From NCBI RefSeq assembly GCF_053078305.1, contig NZ_CP166879.1: a stretch of DNA of 64,000 bases; one strand, written 5' to 3'. Below are positions 28,914 to 39,980 of this stretch, one piece after another. Under the pieces are notes generated by a model. That model ran no database searches, was not told the origin of the DNA, and worked only from the letters and a program-made list of their open reading frames with translations. Positions within the stretch are counted from its first letter, which is position 1. Each line of letters opens with the position of its first letter. The translations under genes and the position numbers were made by a program.

Positions 28914-29236
28914 AACTGACTGTTTCACCATTAGCAGAACACGATCTTGAAGCTATAGGTGACTGGATCGCTCAGGATAATCCTGTCCGTGCAATCAGTT
29001 TTACCGAAGAGCTTTACCAACAATGTCTGTTGATAGCCGAATCGCCAGTACTCTACAGAGAAAGACCCGAATTAGGGGCTGGGATCAGAGGTTGTTCGTA
29101 TGGTCGTTACCTTCTGCTGTTCAGGGTACTGGATACTGAAGTTCGTATCGAACGTATCGTTCATGGTTCCCGGGATATCAACAGGGTACTTGCAGAGCCA
29201 GACGACAAACCATCAGATCATTTCTGGCAGCCATAA
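28910..29236 (+). CDS. parE: ParE/RelE-family type II toxin
   Basis: 108 aa; start overlaps parD stop by 4 nt (ATGA). Confidence 0.75.
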   Translation: MKLTVSPLAEHDLEAIGDWIAQDNPVRAISFTEELYQQCLLIAESPVLYRERPELGAGIRGCSYGRYLLLFRVLDTEVRIERIVHGSRDINRVLAEPDDKPSDHFWQP

Positions 29237-29483
29237 ACAAAATCTGTGCGTTAACGCTCCCTAACACAGGTAGCCAGGTATTTTATAAATCTCTGTATTT
29301 TGTTGTTACTTCGATTCCGCAATTCAGCATATCGAACCAGACAAAATGATTACAGCAAAGCACAAAAAAGAGGGATTATAGCGTCAAAAGAATTCGAATT
29401 GCACATGGGGGCCTCATTGGTGGCCTCGAAAACAACAAAGACAAAACAATCAATACAAAACAATTGGTTATATAACCAGTTTC

Positions 29484-29502
29484 ATTCCGAGTCCGGGCAC
29501 CA
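29484..29502 (+). repeat. tRNA-Phe 3'-end remnant (island att site / direct repeat)
   Basis: attccgagtccgggcacca equals the last 19 nt of E. coli tRNA-Phe including CCA; the upstream tRNA body is absent. Confidence 0.75.
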
Positions 29503-29512
29503 AATTCATATA

Positions 29513-29538
29513 AACGGACCTCCACGGAGGTCCGTTTT
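29513..29538 (+). terminator. Native pheU rho-independent terminator
   Basis: cggacctcc ... ggaggtccg stem followed by TTTTT. Confidence 0.6.
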
Positions 29539-30118
29539 TCGTTTCAGGACGCCACGATTTAAGCGTTCTGCCTCCAAATCAATTCTACCGATCTCAACCA
29601 GATTCTCCCCACATCACCAGTAATTTGCGGGCATATCCCAATTCGGGAAAATTAGTTCCTGAGCTATAGCACTGACTGACGTGAAATGTCGTGCGGCCCC
29701 GTGATGCTGTTGAACGTCAAATGACGTCATCAGGAGCGTAACGCATCCATAAAGCACAACACCGGTCTGAACGGCGACTGATGAGATTTTCTGAATGAGA
29801 ACAAAGAGAAATGTATCAGTCCGCTTGCTCATGCAAAGACTAACAATCCATTAAAATAGTAAGCGCTCCGGACAATTTTCCATGGATTATTTTCTGAACA
29901 TTTTTCTTTGGCAAAGATGATGAATTTTGATGGTAAGGAATATTACTTCTGGTTCTCAGTAAAATCCTTTCGTAATACCATGTAATCAAGAAGTTTATGG
30001 CTGGTAAAAATAACGTCTTGCATTCACCAATAATATGTAAATAAACCCATCTATAGATGGTAAAAATAGGTTGTGGCAATTATCATTGCATCATTCCCTT
30101 TTCGAATGAGTTTCTATT

Positions 30119-31657
30119 ATGCAACAACCTGTAGTTCGCGTTGGCGAATGGCTTGTTACTCCGTCCATAAACCAAATTAGCCGCAATGGGCGTCAACTTA
30201 CCCTTGAGCCGAGATTAATCGACCTTCTGGTTTTCTTTGCTCAACACAGTGGCGAAGTACTTAGCAGGGATGAACTTATCGATAATGTCTGGAAGAGAAG
30301 TATTGTCACCAATCACGTTGTGACACAGAGTATCTCAGAACTACGTAAGTCATTAAAAGATAATGATGAAGATAGTCCTGTCTATATCGCTACTGTACCA
30401 AAGCGCGGCTATAAATTAATGGTGCCGGTTATCTGGTACAGCGAAGAAGAGGGAGAGGAAATAATGCTATCTTCGCCTCCCCCTATACCAGAGGCGGTTC
30501 CTGCCACAGATTCTCCCTCCCACAGTCTTAACATTCAAAACACCGCAACGCCACCTGAACAATCCCCAGTTAAAAGCAAACGATTCACTACCTTTTGGGT
30601 ATGGTTTTTTTTCCTGTTGTCCTTAGGTATCTGTGTAGCACTGGTAGCGTTTTCAAGTCTTGATACACGTCTTCCGATGAGCAAATCGCGTATTTTGCTC
30701 AATCCACGCGATATTGACATTAATATGGTAAATAAAAGTTGTAACAGCTGGAGTTCCCCGTATCAGCTCTCTTACGCGATAGGCGTGGGTGATTTGGTGG
30801 CGACATCACTTAACACCTTCTCCACCTTTATGGTGCATGACAAAATCAACTACAACATTGATGAACCGAGCAGTTCCGGTAAAACATTATCTATTGCGTT
30901 TGTTAATCAGCGCCAATACCGTGCTCAACAATGCTTTATGTCGATAAAATTAGTAGACAATGCAGATGGTTCAACCATGCTGGATAAACGTTATGTCATC
31001 ACTAACGGTAATCAGCTGGCGATTCAAAATGATTTACTGGAGAGTTTATCAAAAGCGTTAAACCAACCGTGGCCACAACGAATGCAGGAGACGCTCCAGC
31101 AAATTTTGCCTCATCGTGGTGCGTTATTAACTAATTTTTATCAGGCACATGATTATTTACTGCATGGCGATGATAAATCATTGAACCGTGCCAGTGAATT
31201 ATTAGGTGAGATTGTTCAATCATCCCCAGAATTTACCTACGCGAGAGCAGAAAAAGCATTAGTTGATATCGTGCGCCATTCTCAACATCCTTTAGATGAA
31301 AAACAATTAGCAGCACTGAACACAGAAATAGATAACATTGTTACACTACCGGAATTGAATAACCTGTCCATTATATATCAAATAAAAGCGGTCAGTGCTC
31401 TGGTAAAAGGTAAAACAGATGAGTCTTACCAGGCGATAAATACTGGCATTGATCTTGAAATGTCCTGGCTAAATTATGTATTGCTTGGCAAGGTTTATGA
31501 AATGAAGGGGATGAACCGGGAAGCAGCTGATGCATATCTCACCGCCTTTAATTTACGCCCAGGGGCAAACACCCTTTACTGGATTGAAAATGGTATATTC
31601 CAGACTTCTGTTCCTTATGTTGTACCTTATCTCGACAAATTTCTCGCTTCAGAATAA
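30119..31657 (+). CDS. cadC: CadC, membrane-integrated transcriptional activator of cadBA
   Basis: 512 aa MQQPVVRVGEWLVTPSINQISRNGRQLTLEPRLIDLLVFF... Confidence 0.95.
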   Translation: MQQPVVRVGEWLVTPSINQISRNGRQLTLEPRLIDLLVFFAQHSGEVLSRDELIDNVWKRSIVTNHVVTQSISELRKSLKDNDEDSPVYIATVPKRGYKLMVPVIWYSEEEGEEIMLSSPPPIPEAVPATDSPSHSLNIQNTATPPEQSPVKSKRFTTFWVWFFFLLSLGICVALVAFSSLDTRLPMSKSRILLNPRDIDINMVNKSCNSWSSPYQLSYAIGVGDLVATSLNTFSTFMVHDKINYNIDEPSSSGKTLSIAFVNQRQYRAQQCFMSIKLVDNADGSTMLDKRYVITNGNQLAIQNDLLESLSKALNQPWPQRMQETLQQILPHRGALLTNFYQAHDYLLHGDDKSLNRASELLGEIVQSSPEFTYARAEKALVDIVRHSQHPLDEKQLAALNTEIDNIVTLPELNNLSIIYQIKAVSALVKGKTDESYQAINTGIDLEMSWLNYVLLGKVYEMKGMNREAADAYLTAFNLRPGANTLYWIENGIFQTSVPYVVPYLDKFLASE

Positions 31658-31789
31658 GTAACTCCCGGGTTGATTCATGCTAGGGAATATTTGTTGTTGA
31701 GTTTTTGTATGTTCCTGTTGGTATAATATGTTGCGGCAATTTATTTGCCGCATAATTTTTATTACATAAATTTAACCAGAAGACGTCAC

Positions 31790-31960
31790 GCAATCTATTG
31801 TAAACATTGAATGTTTATCTTTTCATGATATCAACTTGCGATCCTGATGTGTTAATAAAAAACCTCAAGTTCTCACTTACAGAAACTTTTGTGTTATTTC
31901 ACCTAATCTTTAGGATTAATCCTTTTTTCGTGAGTAATCTTATCGCCAGTTTGGTCTGGT
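31790..31960 (+). promoter_or_regulatory. cadBA promoter region with CadC-binding palindrome
   Basis: Perfect palindrome aaacatt g aatgttt at 31802-31816 upstream of cadB; AT-rich region. Confidence 0.5.
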
Positions 31961-32022
31961 CAGGAAATAGTTATACATCATGACCCGGACTCCAAATTCA
32001 AAAATGAAATTAGGAGAAGAGC

Positions 32023-33357
32023 ATGAGTTCTGCCAAGAAGATCGGGCTATTTGCCTGTACCGGTGTTGTTGCCGGTAATATGATGGGGAGCGGTATTGCA
32101 TTATTACCTGCGAACCTAGCAAGTATCGGTGGTATTGCTATCTGGGGTTGGATTATCTCTATTATTGGTGCAATGTCGCTGGCGTATGTATATGCCCGAC
32201 TGGCAACAAAAAACCCGCAACAAGGTGGCCCAATTGCTTATGCCGGAGAAATTTCTCCTGCATTTGGTTTTCAGACAGGTGTTCTTTATTACCATGCTAA
32301 CTGGATTGGTAACCTGGCGATTGGTATTACCGCTGTATCTTATCTTTCCACCTTCTTCCCAGTATTAAATGATCCTGTTCCGGCGGGTATCGCCTGTATT
32401 GCTATCGTCTGGGTATTTACCTTTGTAAATATGCTCGGCGGTACTTGGGTAAGCCGTTTAACCACTATTGGTCTGGTGCTGGTTCTTATTCCTGTGGTGA
32501 TGACTGCTATTGTTGGCTGGCATTGGTTTGATGCGGCAACTTATGCAGCTAACTGGAATACTGCGGATACCACTGATGGTCATGCGATCATTAAAAGTAT
32601 TCTGCTCTGCCTGTGGGCCTTCGTGGGTGTTGAATCCGCAGCAGTAAGTACTGGTATGGTTAAAAACCCGAAACGTACCGTTCCGCTGGCAACCATGCTG
32701 GGTACTGGTTTAGCAGGTATTGTTTATATCGCTGCGACTCAGGTGCTTTCCGGTATGTATCCGTCTTCTGTAATGGCAGCTTCCGGTGCTCCGTTTGCAA
32801 TCAGTGCTTCAACTATCCTCGGTAACTGGGCTGCGCCGCTGGTTTCTGCATTCACCGCCTTTGCGTGCCTGACTTCTCTGGGCTCCTGGATGATGTTGGT
32901 AGGCCAGGCAGGTGTACGTGCCGCTAACGACGGTAACTTCCCGAAAGTTTATGGTGAAGTCGACAGCAACGGTATTCCGAAAAAAGGTCTGCTGCTGGCT
33001 GCAGTGAAAATGACTGCCCTGATGATCCTCATCACTCTGATGAACTCTGCCGGTGGTAAAGCATCTGACCTGTTCGGTGAACTGACCGGTATCGCAGTAC
33101 TGCTGACTATGCTGCCGTACTTCTACTCTTGCGTTGACCTGATTCGTTTTGAAGGCGTTAACATCCGCAACTTTGTCAGCCTGATCTGCTCTGTACTGGG
33201 TTGCGTGTTCTGCTTCATCGCGCTGATGGGCGCAAGCTCCTTCGAGCTGGCAGGTACCTTCATCGTCAGCCTGATTATCCTGATGTTCTACGCTCGCAAA
33301 ATGCACGAGCGCCAGAGCCACTCAATGGATAACCACACCGCGTCTAACGCACATTAA
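32023..33357 (+). CDS. cadB: Lysine:cadaverine antiporter
   Basis: 444 aa MSSAKKIGLFACTGVVAGNMMGSGIALLPANLA... Confidence 0.95.
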   Translation: MSSAKKIGLFACTGVVAGNMMGSGIALLPANLASIGGIAIWGWIISIIGAMSLAYVYARLATKNPQQGGPIAYAGEISPAFGFQTGVLYYHANWIGNLAIGITAVSYLSTFFPVLNDPVPAGIACIAIVWVFTFVNMLGGTWVSRLTTIGLVLVLIPVVMTAIVGWHWFDAATYAANWNTADTTDGHAIIKSILLCLWAFVGVESAAVSTGMVKNPKRTVPLATMLGTGLAGIVYIAATQVLSGMYPSSVMAASGAPFAISASTILGNWAAPLVSAFTAFACLTSLGSWMMLVGQAGVRAANDGNFPKVYGEVDSNGIPKKGLLLAAVKMTALMILITLMNSAGGKASDLFGELTGIAVLLTMLPYFYSCVDLIRFEGVNIRNFVSLICSVLGCVFCFIALMGASSFELAGTFIVSLIILMFYARKMHERQSHSMDNHTASNAH

Positions 33358-33436
33358 TTAAAAGTATTTTCCGAGGCTCCTCCTTTCATTTTGTCCCATG
33401 TGTTGGGAGGGGCCTTTTTTACCTGGAGATATGACT

Positions 33437-35584
33437 ATGAACGTTATTGCAATATTGAATCACATGGGGGTTTATTTTAAAGAAGAACCCATCCGTGAAC
33501 TTCATCGCGCGCTTGAACGTCTGAACTTCCAGATTGTTTACCCGAACGACCGTGACGACTTATTAAAACTGATCGAAAACAATGCGCGTCTGTGCGGCGT
33601 TATTTTTGACTGGGATAAATATAATCTCGAGCTGTGCGAAGAAATTAGCAAAATGAACGAGAACCTGCCGTTGTACGCGTTCGCTAATACGTATTCCACT
33701 CTCGATGTAAGCCTGAATGACCTGCGTTTACAGATTAGCTTCTTTGAATATGCGCTGGGTGCTGCTGAAGATATTGCTAACAAGATCAAGCAGACCACTG
33801 ACGAATATATCAACACTATTCTGCCTCCGCTGACTAAAGCACTGTTTAAATATGTTCGTGAAGGTAAATATACTTTCTGTACTCCTGGTCACATGGGCGG
33901 TACTGCATTCCAGAAAAGCCCGGTAGGTAGCCTGTTCTATGATTTCTTTGGTCCGAATACCATGAAATCTGATATTTCCATTTCAGTATCTGAACTGGGT
34001 TCTCTGCTGGATCACAGTGGTCCACACAAAGAAGCAGAACAGTATATCGCTCGCGTCTTTAACGCAGACCGCAGCTACATGGTGACCAACGGTACTTCCA
34101 CTGCGAACAAAATTGTTGGTATGTACTCTGCTCCGGCAGGCAGCACCATTCTGATTGACCGTAACTGCCACAAATCGCTGACCCACCTGATGATGATGAG
34201 CGATGTTACGCCAATCTATTTCCGCCCGACCCGTAACGCTTACGGTATTCTTGGTGGTATCCCACAGAGTGAATTCCAGCACGCTACCATTGCTAAGCGC
34301 GTGAAAGAAACACCAAACGCAACCTGGCCGGTACATGCTGTAATTACCAACTCTACCTATGATGGTCTGCTGTACAACACCGACTTCATCAAGAAAACAC
34401 TGGATGTGAAATCCATCCACTTTGACTCCGCGTGGGTGCCTTACACCAACTTCTCACCGATTTACGAAGGTAAATGCGGTATGAGCGGTGGCCGTGTCGA
34501 AGGGAAAGTGATTTACGAAACCCAGTCCACTCACAAACTGCTGGCGGCGTTCTCTCAGGCTTCCATGATCCACGTTAAAGGTGACGTAAACGAAGAAACC
34601 TTTAACGAAGCCTACATGATGCACACCACCACTTCTCCGCACTACGGTATCGTGGCGTCCACTGAAACCGCTGCGGCGATGATGAAAGGCAATGCAGGTA
34701 AGCGTCTGATCAACGGTTCCATTGAACGTGCGATCAAATTCCGTAAAGAGATCAAACGTCTGAGAACGGAATCTGATGGCTGGTTCTTTGATGTATGGCA
34801 GCCGGATCATATCGATACGACTGAATGCTGGCCGCTGCGTTCTGACAGCACCTGGCACGGCTTCAAAAACATCGATAACGAGCACATGTATCTTGACCCG
34901 ATCAAAGTCACCCTGCTGACTCCGGGGATGGAAAAAGACGGCACCATGAGCGACTTTGGTATTCCGGCCAGCATCGTGGCGAAATACCTCGACGAACATG
35001 GCATCGTTGTTGAGAAAACCGGTCCGTATAACCTGCTGTTCCTGTTCAGCATCGGTATCGATAAGACCAAAGCACTGAGCCTGCTGCGTGCTCTGACTGA
35101 CTTCAAACGTGCGTTCGACCTGAACCTGCGTGTGAAAAACATGCTGCCGTCTCTGTATCGTGAAGATCCTGAATTCTATGAAAACATGCGTATTCAGGAA
35201 CTGGCTCAGAATATCCACAAACTGATTGTTCACCACAATCTGCCGGATCTGATGTATCGCGCATTTGAAGTGCTGCCGACGATGGTAATGACTCCGTATG
35301 CTGCGTTCCAGAAAGAGCTGCACGGTATGACCGAAGAAGTTTACCTCGACGAAATGGTAGGTCGTATTAACGCCAATATGATCCTTCCATATCCGCCGGG
35401 AGTTCCTCTGGTAATGCCGGGTGAAATGATCACCGAAGAAAGCCGTCCGGTTCTGGAGTTCCTGCAGATGCTGTGTGAAATCGGCGCTCACTATCCGGGC
35501 TTTGAAACCGATATTCACGGTGCATACCGTCAGGCTGATGGCCGCTATACCGTTAAGGTATTGAAAGAAGAAAGCAAAAAATAA
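33437..35584 (+). CDS. cadA: Inducible lysine decarboxylase
   Basis: 715 aa MNVIAILNHMGVYFKEEPIRELHRALERLNFQIVYPNDRDD... Confidence 0.95.
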   Translation: MNVIAILNHMGVYFKEEPIRELHRALERLNFQIVYPNDRDDLLKLIENNARLCGVIFDWDKYNLELCEEISKMNENLPLYAFANTYSTLDVSLNDLRLQISFFEYALGAAEDIANKIKQTTDEYINTILPPLTKALFKYVREGKYTFCTPGHMGGTAFQKSPVGSLFYDFFGPNTMKSDISISVSELGSLLDHSGPHKEAEQYIARVFNADRSYMVTNGTSTANKIVGMYSAPAGSTILIDRNCHKSLTHLMMMSDVTPIYFRPTRNAYGILGGIPQSEFQHATIAKRVKETPNATWPVHAVITNSTYDGLLYNTDFIKKTLDVKSIHFDSAWVPYTNFSPIYEGKCGMSGGRVEGKVIYETQSTHKLLAAFSQASMIHVKGDVNEETFNEAYMMHTTTSPHYGIVASTETAAAMMKGNAGKRLINGSIERAIKFRKEIKRLRTESDGWFFDVWQPDHIDTTECWPLRSDSTWHGFKNIDNEHMYLDPIKVTLLTPGMEKDGTMSDFGIPASIVAKYLDEHGIVVEKTGPYNLLFLFSIGIDKTKALSLLRALTDFKRAFDLNLRVKNMLPSLYREDPEFYENMRIQELAQNIHKLIVHHNLPDLMYRAFEVLPTMVMTPYAAFQKELHGMTEEVYLDEMVGRINANMILPYPPGVPLVMPGEMITEESRPVLEFLQMLCEIGAHYPGFETDIHGAYRQADGRYTVKVLKEESKK

Positions 35585-35597
35585 TTAGCTCGTACAA

Positions 35598-35626
35598 GGG
35601 AAGTGGCTTGCCACTTCCCTTTTTTG
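35598..35626 (+). terminator. cadA terminator
   Basis: gggaagtggc ... gccacttccc stem followed by TTTTTT. Confidence 0.55.
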
Positions 35627-35642
35627 CTCATAAGGAGAACAC

Positions 35643-37100
35643 ATGAAAACACCCTCACAGCCGCGCGCGATATACTATATCGTGGCGATCCAAATCTGGG
35701 AGTACTTCAGTTTTTACGGCATGCGTGCCTTACTCATTCTCTATCTCACCCATCAGCTTGGTTTTGATGATAACCATGCCATCAGCCTGTTCAGCGCATA
35801 TGCTTCTCTGGTTTACGTTACCCCTATTCTCGGCGGCTGGCTTGCCGACCGCCTGCTCGGCAACCGCACTGCAGTGATTGCCGGCGCGCTGTTAATGACT
35901 CTTGGCCATGTGGTGCTGGGCATTGATACAAATTCAACCTTTAGCCTGTATCTGGCGCTGGCAATCATTATTTGTGGCTACGGTTTATTCAAATCAAACA
36001 TCAGCTGTTTGCTTGGCGAGCTCTACGACGAGAACGATCATCGACGTGATGGCGGTTTTTCGCTGCTGTATGCTGCGGGCAATATCGGTTCTATCGCCGC
36101 CCCAATCGCCTGCGGCCTGGCTGCTCAGTGGTATGGATGGCATGTTGGCTTTGCCCTTGCGGGTGGCGGCATGTTTATCGGTTTGTTGATTTTCTTAAGC
36201 GGTCATCGTCATTTCCAGTCCACGCGTAGTATGGATAAAAAAGCGCTCACTAGTGTCAAATTTGCCTTACCAGTATGGAGCTGGTTAGTGGTGATGCTCT
36301 GTTTAGCCCCAGTATTTTTTACTCTGCTGCTGGAGAACGACTGGTCCGGATATTTGCTGGCGATCGTTTGCCTTATCGCCGCACAAATCATTGCCCGCAT
36401 GATGATCAAATTCCCCGAACACCGCCGTGCTCTTTGGCAAATTGTATTGTTGATGTTTGTCGGGACATTGTTCTGGGTACTGGCACAACAGGGCGGCAGT
36501 ACCATCAGTCTGTTTATCGATCGCTTTGTGAATCGTCAGGCATTCAATATTGAAGTACCTACTGCACTATTCCAGTCGGTGAATGCAATTGCGGTGATGC
36601 TCGCTGGGGTTGTTCTAGCCTGGCTGGCGTCGCCAGAAAGCCACGGCAACTCAACATTGCGCGTCTGGCTGAAGTTTGCCTTTGGCTTACTACTGATGGC
36701 TTGTGGCTTTATGTTGCTGGCATTTGATGCCCGACATGCAGCAGCTGACGGTCAAGCGTCAATGGGCGTGATGGTATCCGGGCTGGCGCTAATGGGCTTT
36801 GCCGAACTCTTTATTGACCCGGTGGCGATTGCGCAAATCACGCGTCTGAAAATGTCTGGCGTATTAACCGGGATTTATATGCTGGCAACAGGCGCGGTCG
36901 CCAACTGGCTGGCAGGCGTAGTGGCACAGCAGACGACAGAGTCGCAAATTAGCGGTATGGCAATTGCAGCTTACCAGCGATTCTTTTCTCAGATGGGAGA
37001 GTGGACGTTGGCTTGTGTCGCGATCATCGTCGTATTGGCCTTTGCTACCCGTTTCCTGTTTAGCACGCCGACGAATATGGTACAGGAGAGCAACGATTAA
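35643..37100 (+). CDS. dtpC: Dipeptide/tripeptide:H+ symporter DtpC (YjdL)
   Basis: 485 aa [36 protein letters not shown]... Confidence 0.9.
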   Translation: MKTPSQPRAIYYIVAIQIWEYFSFYGMRALLILYLTHQLGFDDNHAISLFSAYASLVYVTPILGGWLADRLLGNRTAVIAGALLMTLGHVVLGIDTNSTFSLYLALAIIICGYGLFKSNISCLLGELYDENDHRRDGGFSLLYAAGNIGSIAAPIACGLAAQWYGWHVGFALAGGGMFIGLLIFLSGHRHFQSTRSMDKKALTSVKFALPVWSWLVVMLCLAPVFFTLLLENDWSGYLLAIVCLIAAQIIARMMIKFPEHRRALWQIVLLMFVGTLFWVLAQQGGSTISLFIDRFVNRQAFNIEVPTALFQSVNAIAVMLAGVVLAWLASPESHGNSTLRVWLKFAFGLLLMACGFMLLAFDARHAAADGQASMGVMVSGLALMGFAELFIDPVAIAQITRLKMSGVLTGIYMLATGAVANWLAGVVAQQTTESQISGMAIAAYQRFFSQMGEWTLACVAIIVVLAFATRFLFSTPTNMVQESND

Positions 37101-37336
37101 CTGTCGTAAAAACAATTGGTTATGAATAAATTAACTTTCAGTTTATCACACTAGTAAATCGAGATTAATAAGTCATTTAAACCATTTTGATGGTTATTTA
37201 TTAGTGATATCAACTTGAGGTAAGCGTTAGTTTCGATAAGATAAACTGAGTTATTAATAGTCGAGGCAGATAATACAGTGTACCGATCTGTCTCTTTATC
37301 TACGCTAAATTGAAAGCTGGATTTAGAGGAACCAAA

Positions 37337-38854
37337 ATGTCTGAACAAGAAACACGGGGAGCCAATGAGGCTATTGATTTTAACGATGAACTGAGAAATC
37401 GCCGCGAAAAACTGGCGGCACTACGTCAGCAAGGTGTGGCGTTTCCCAATGATTTTCGCCGCGACCATACCTCTGACCAGTTGCACGAAGAGTTTGATGC
37501 GAAGGATAACCAGGAACTGGAATCCTTAAACATTGAAGTCTCGGTTGCTGGCCGAATGATGACCCGTCGTATCATGGGGAAAGCCTCCTTTGTAACGTTG
37601 CAGGATGTCGGTGGCCGTATTCAACTGTACGTCGCACGAGATAGCCTGCCAGAAGGTGTTTATAACGATCAGTTTAAAAAATGGGATCTGGGTGACATTA
37701 TCGGTGCCCGCGGTACGCTGTTTAAGACGCAAACGGGTGAGCTTTCCATTCACTGTACTGAGCTGCGCCTGCTGACTAAAGCACTACGTCCTTTACCAGA
37801 TAAATTCCATGGTCTGCAGGATCAGGAAGTTCGTTATCGTCAACGTTATCTGGACCTCATCGCTAACGATAAATCCCGTCAAACGTTTGTTGTCCGTTCA
37901 AAAATTCTGGCCGCTATCCGTCAGTTCATGGTCGCGCGCGGCTTTATGGAAGTAGAAACCCCGATGATGCAGGTAATTCCAGGTGGGGCATCTGCTCGCC
38001 CGTTTATTACCCATCATAATGCTCTGGATTTAGATATGTATCTGCGTATCGCGCCGGAGCTGTATCTGAAACGTCTGGTTGTAGGCGGTTTTGAACGGGT
38101 ATTCGAAATCAACCGTAACTTCCGTAATGAAGGTATTTCTGTTCGCCATAATCCTGAGTTCACAATGATGGAACTCTACATGGCGTATGCGGATTACCAC
38201 GATTTGATTGAACTGACAGAGTCACTGTTCCGCACCCTGGCACAAGAGGTTCTGGGTACCACTAAAGTCACTTATGGCGAGCATGTGTTTGATTTCGGCA
38301 AACCGTTTGAAAAACTCACCATGCGCGAAGCAATCAAAAAATATCGTCCAGAAACCGATATGGCCGACCTGGATAATTTTGATGCTGCTAAAGCATTAGC
38401 TGAATCTATCGGAATTACGGTAGAGAAAAGCTGGGGGCTGGGACGTATTGTCACGGAGATCTTTGATGAAGTGGCAGAAGCACATCTGATTCAGCCAACC
38501 TTTATTACGGAATATCCGGCAGAAGTGTCACCGCTGGCACGCCGTAATGATGTTAACCCGGAAATCACCGACCGTTTTGAATTCTTCATCGGTGGTCGTG
38601 AAATCGGTAATGGTTTTAGCGAATTAAACGACGCAGAAGATCAGGCTGAACGTTTCCAGGAACAGGTTAATGCTAAAGCTGCAGGTGACGACGAAGCCAT
38701 GTTCTATGACGAAGATTACGTGACTGCGCTGGAATATGGTCTGCCGCCAACCGCTGGTCTGGGTATTGGTATCGACCGAATGATTATGCTGTTCACAAAC
38801 AGTCATACTATTCGCGACGTTATTCTCTTCCCGGCGATGCGCCCACAGAAATAA
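37337..38854 (+). CDS. lysU: Lysyl-tRNA synthetase, heat-inducible
   Basis: 505 aa [44 protein letters not shown]...; lysU (not lysS) by position next to cadA-dtpC. Confidence 0.95.
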
Positions 38855-38972
38855 ATTTCACTTTAATGAACGAAGCAGTCAGGCGACTGCTTCGTTCGTC
38901 GTTCCGCAAATCCAGTTTTGAGGAGAGACGCTTCGTTTCACGATAACCAGCGGGTCCACTCAACTACAGCTC

Positions 38973-39146
38973 CTAAAAGAGAGAAAAAAGTAATGCCACA
39001 GGCAGACTCATTGGCCAGGTTATTCCGACCAGGAATGCACTAAGTAAACGAATATGTGTTTTCTCATGTGAGATAAACCAGATAATGACAAAGGATATGT
39101 TCACACCAATCACATAAAAAATTAATATTTTAGAGAATAGTGCCAT
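38973..39146 (-). CDS. ghoT: GhoT membrane-lytic toxin (type V TA)
   Basis: 57 aa MALFSKILIFYVIGVNISFVIIWFISHEKTHIRLLSAFLVGITWPMSLPVALLFSLF; below the ORF-track size cutoff, found by manual translation. Confidence 0.85.
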   Translation of the reverse strand: MALFSKILIFYVIGVNISFVIIWFISHEKTHIRLLSAFLVGITWPMSLPVALLFSLF

Positions 39147-39173
39147 TTTTTATGTTCTTCTTATCCTTCCTGG

Positions 39174-39470
39174 CTACTTGTAAAACTGACGGAAATAGTC
39201 ATCAACTGTCATAATGTTGAGGTCAAAATCAATATCCGGTAAGTCTAAGCATTTAAGCCTGATTAAATCTTCGATTTCACTTACGGCTAACGATGTCGTT
39301 ATTGCGAAGGAATTTTCATTCAATTGTCGTGGTATCCCATATTCATCAGCCACGATAGAAGAGAAATTCATATCATACATCAATGATCTTAACCTTAAGA
39401 ACACTGAGGAATAAGATGATGGATAATCAAAAGAAACAACATAAGTATTGAACTTGTTTTTACCTTCCAT
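39174..39470 (-). CDS. ghoS: GhoS antitoxin (endoribonuclease, type V TA)
   Basis: 98 aa MEGKNKFNTYVVSFDYPSSYSSVFLRLRSLMYDMNF... Confidence 0.9.
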   Translation of the reverse strand: MEGKNKFNTYVVSFDYPSSYSSVFLRLRSLMYDMNFSSIVADEYGIPRQLNENSFAITTSLAVSEIEDLIRLKCLDLPDIDFDLNIMTVDDYFRQFYK

Positions 39471-39696
39471 AATATGACTCCTATCAATATTGAACGCTTT
39501 GGGGACGCAAAACTTATTAACCCCGATTGATGATTCTCATATAGGAGATATTCTTTTTTTTGCTCAGTAAAGGGGATGACTTGGGACAAAAAAACGCTCT
39601 CTCTGCCCATTCTTTGTGCATCCCCCTACCCTTCAGATGCTCTCCTGCATCACTCCGCGGAGAGCATGAAAAATATCGTGGCTCTGTACTCTTCCA

Positions 39697-39969
39697 TCAA
39701 CTGCGAATATCATCATACTCCCGCGTTTTATCAAATTCGTGTTTCGCAAATGGGCATAGTGGGATAATTTTTCGTTTTTCCCGACGCATTTTTTCCACGA
39801 CTTTCGCAACCAGCTGTTTACCAATCCCTTGCCCTTTCAGGCTTTCATCGACATCGGTATGTTCGATAATTGCTAAATTCTCTCCGGTCGGCACAAAGAC
39901 AATTTCAGCGATTTGCTTGCCTTGTTCGTCATTAATGTAAAATTTATTGTGGCCTTCGCGTATTTCCAT
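39697..39969 (-). CDS. yjdJ: GNAT-like small protein YjdJ
   Basis: 90 aa [54 protein letters not shown]... Confidence 0.8.
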   Translation of the reverse strand: MEIREGHNKFYINDEQGKQIAEIVFVPTGENLAIIEHTDVDESLKGQGIGKQLVAKVVEKMRREKRKIIPLCPFAKHEFDKTREYDDIRS

Positions 39970-39980
39970 TTTACCCTCGC

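Larger units (their letters stand above)
1..29502. mobile_element. Distal part of a pheU (tRNA-Phe)-associated genomic island; left boundary lies outside the window
   Basis: Horizontally acquired gene content throughout (microcin cluster, AlpA/Gp2/YfjI-like genes, Ag43, CbtA/CbeA, ParDE); ends at a 19-bp tRNA-Phe 3'-end repeat directly upstream of the conserved cadC region; no integrase in window. Confidence 0.7.

Noticed and set aside
29300-29623. 107-aa plus-strand ORF
   Set aside because: Spans the island/core junction, including the tRNA remnant and the pheU terminator hairpin
29614-30079. Two minus-strand ORFs (72 and 79 aa) upstream of cadC
   Set aside because: They lie in the AT-rich cadC promoter/leader region conserved in K-12, with no ribosome-binding sites
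34454-35518. 354-aa minus-strand ORF
   Set aside because: Antisense inside cadA
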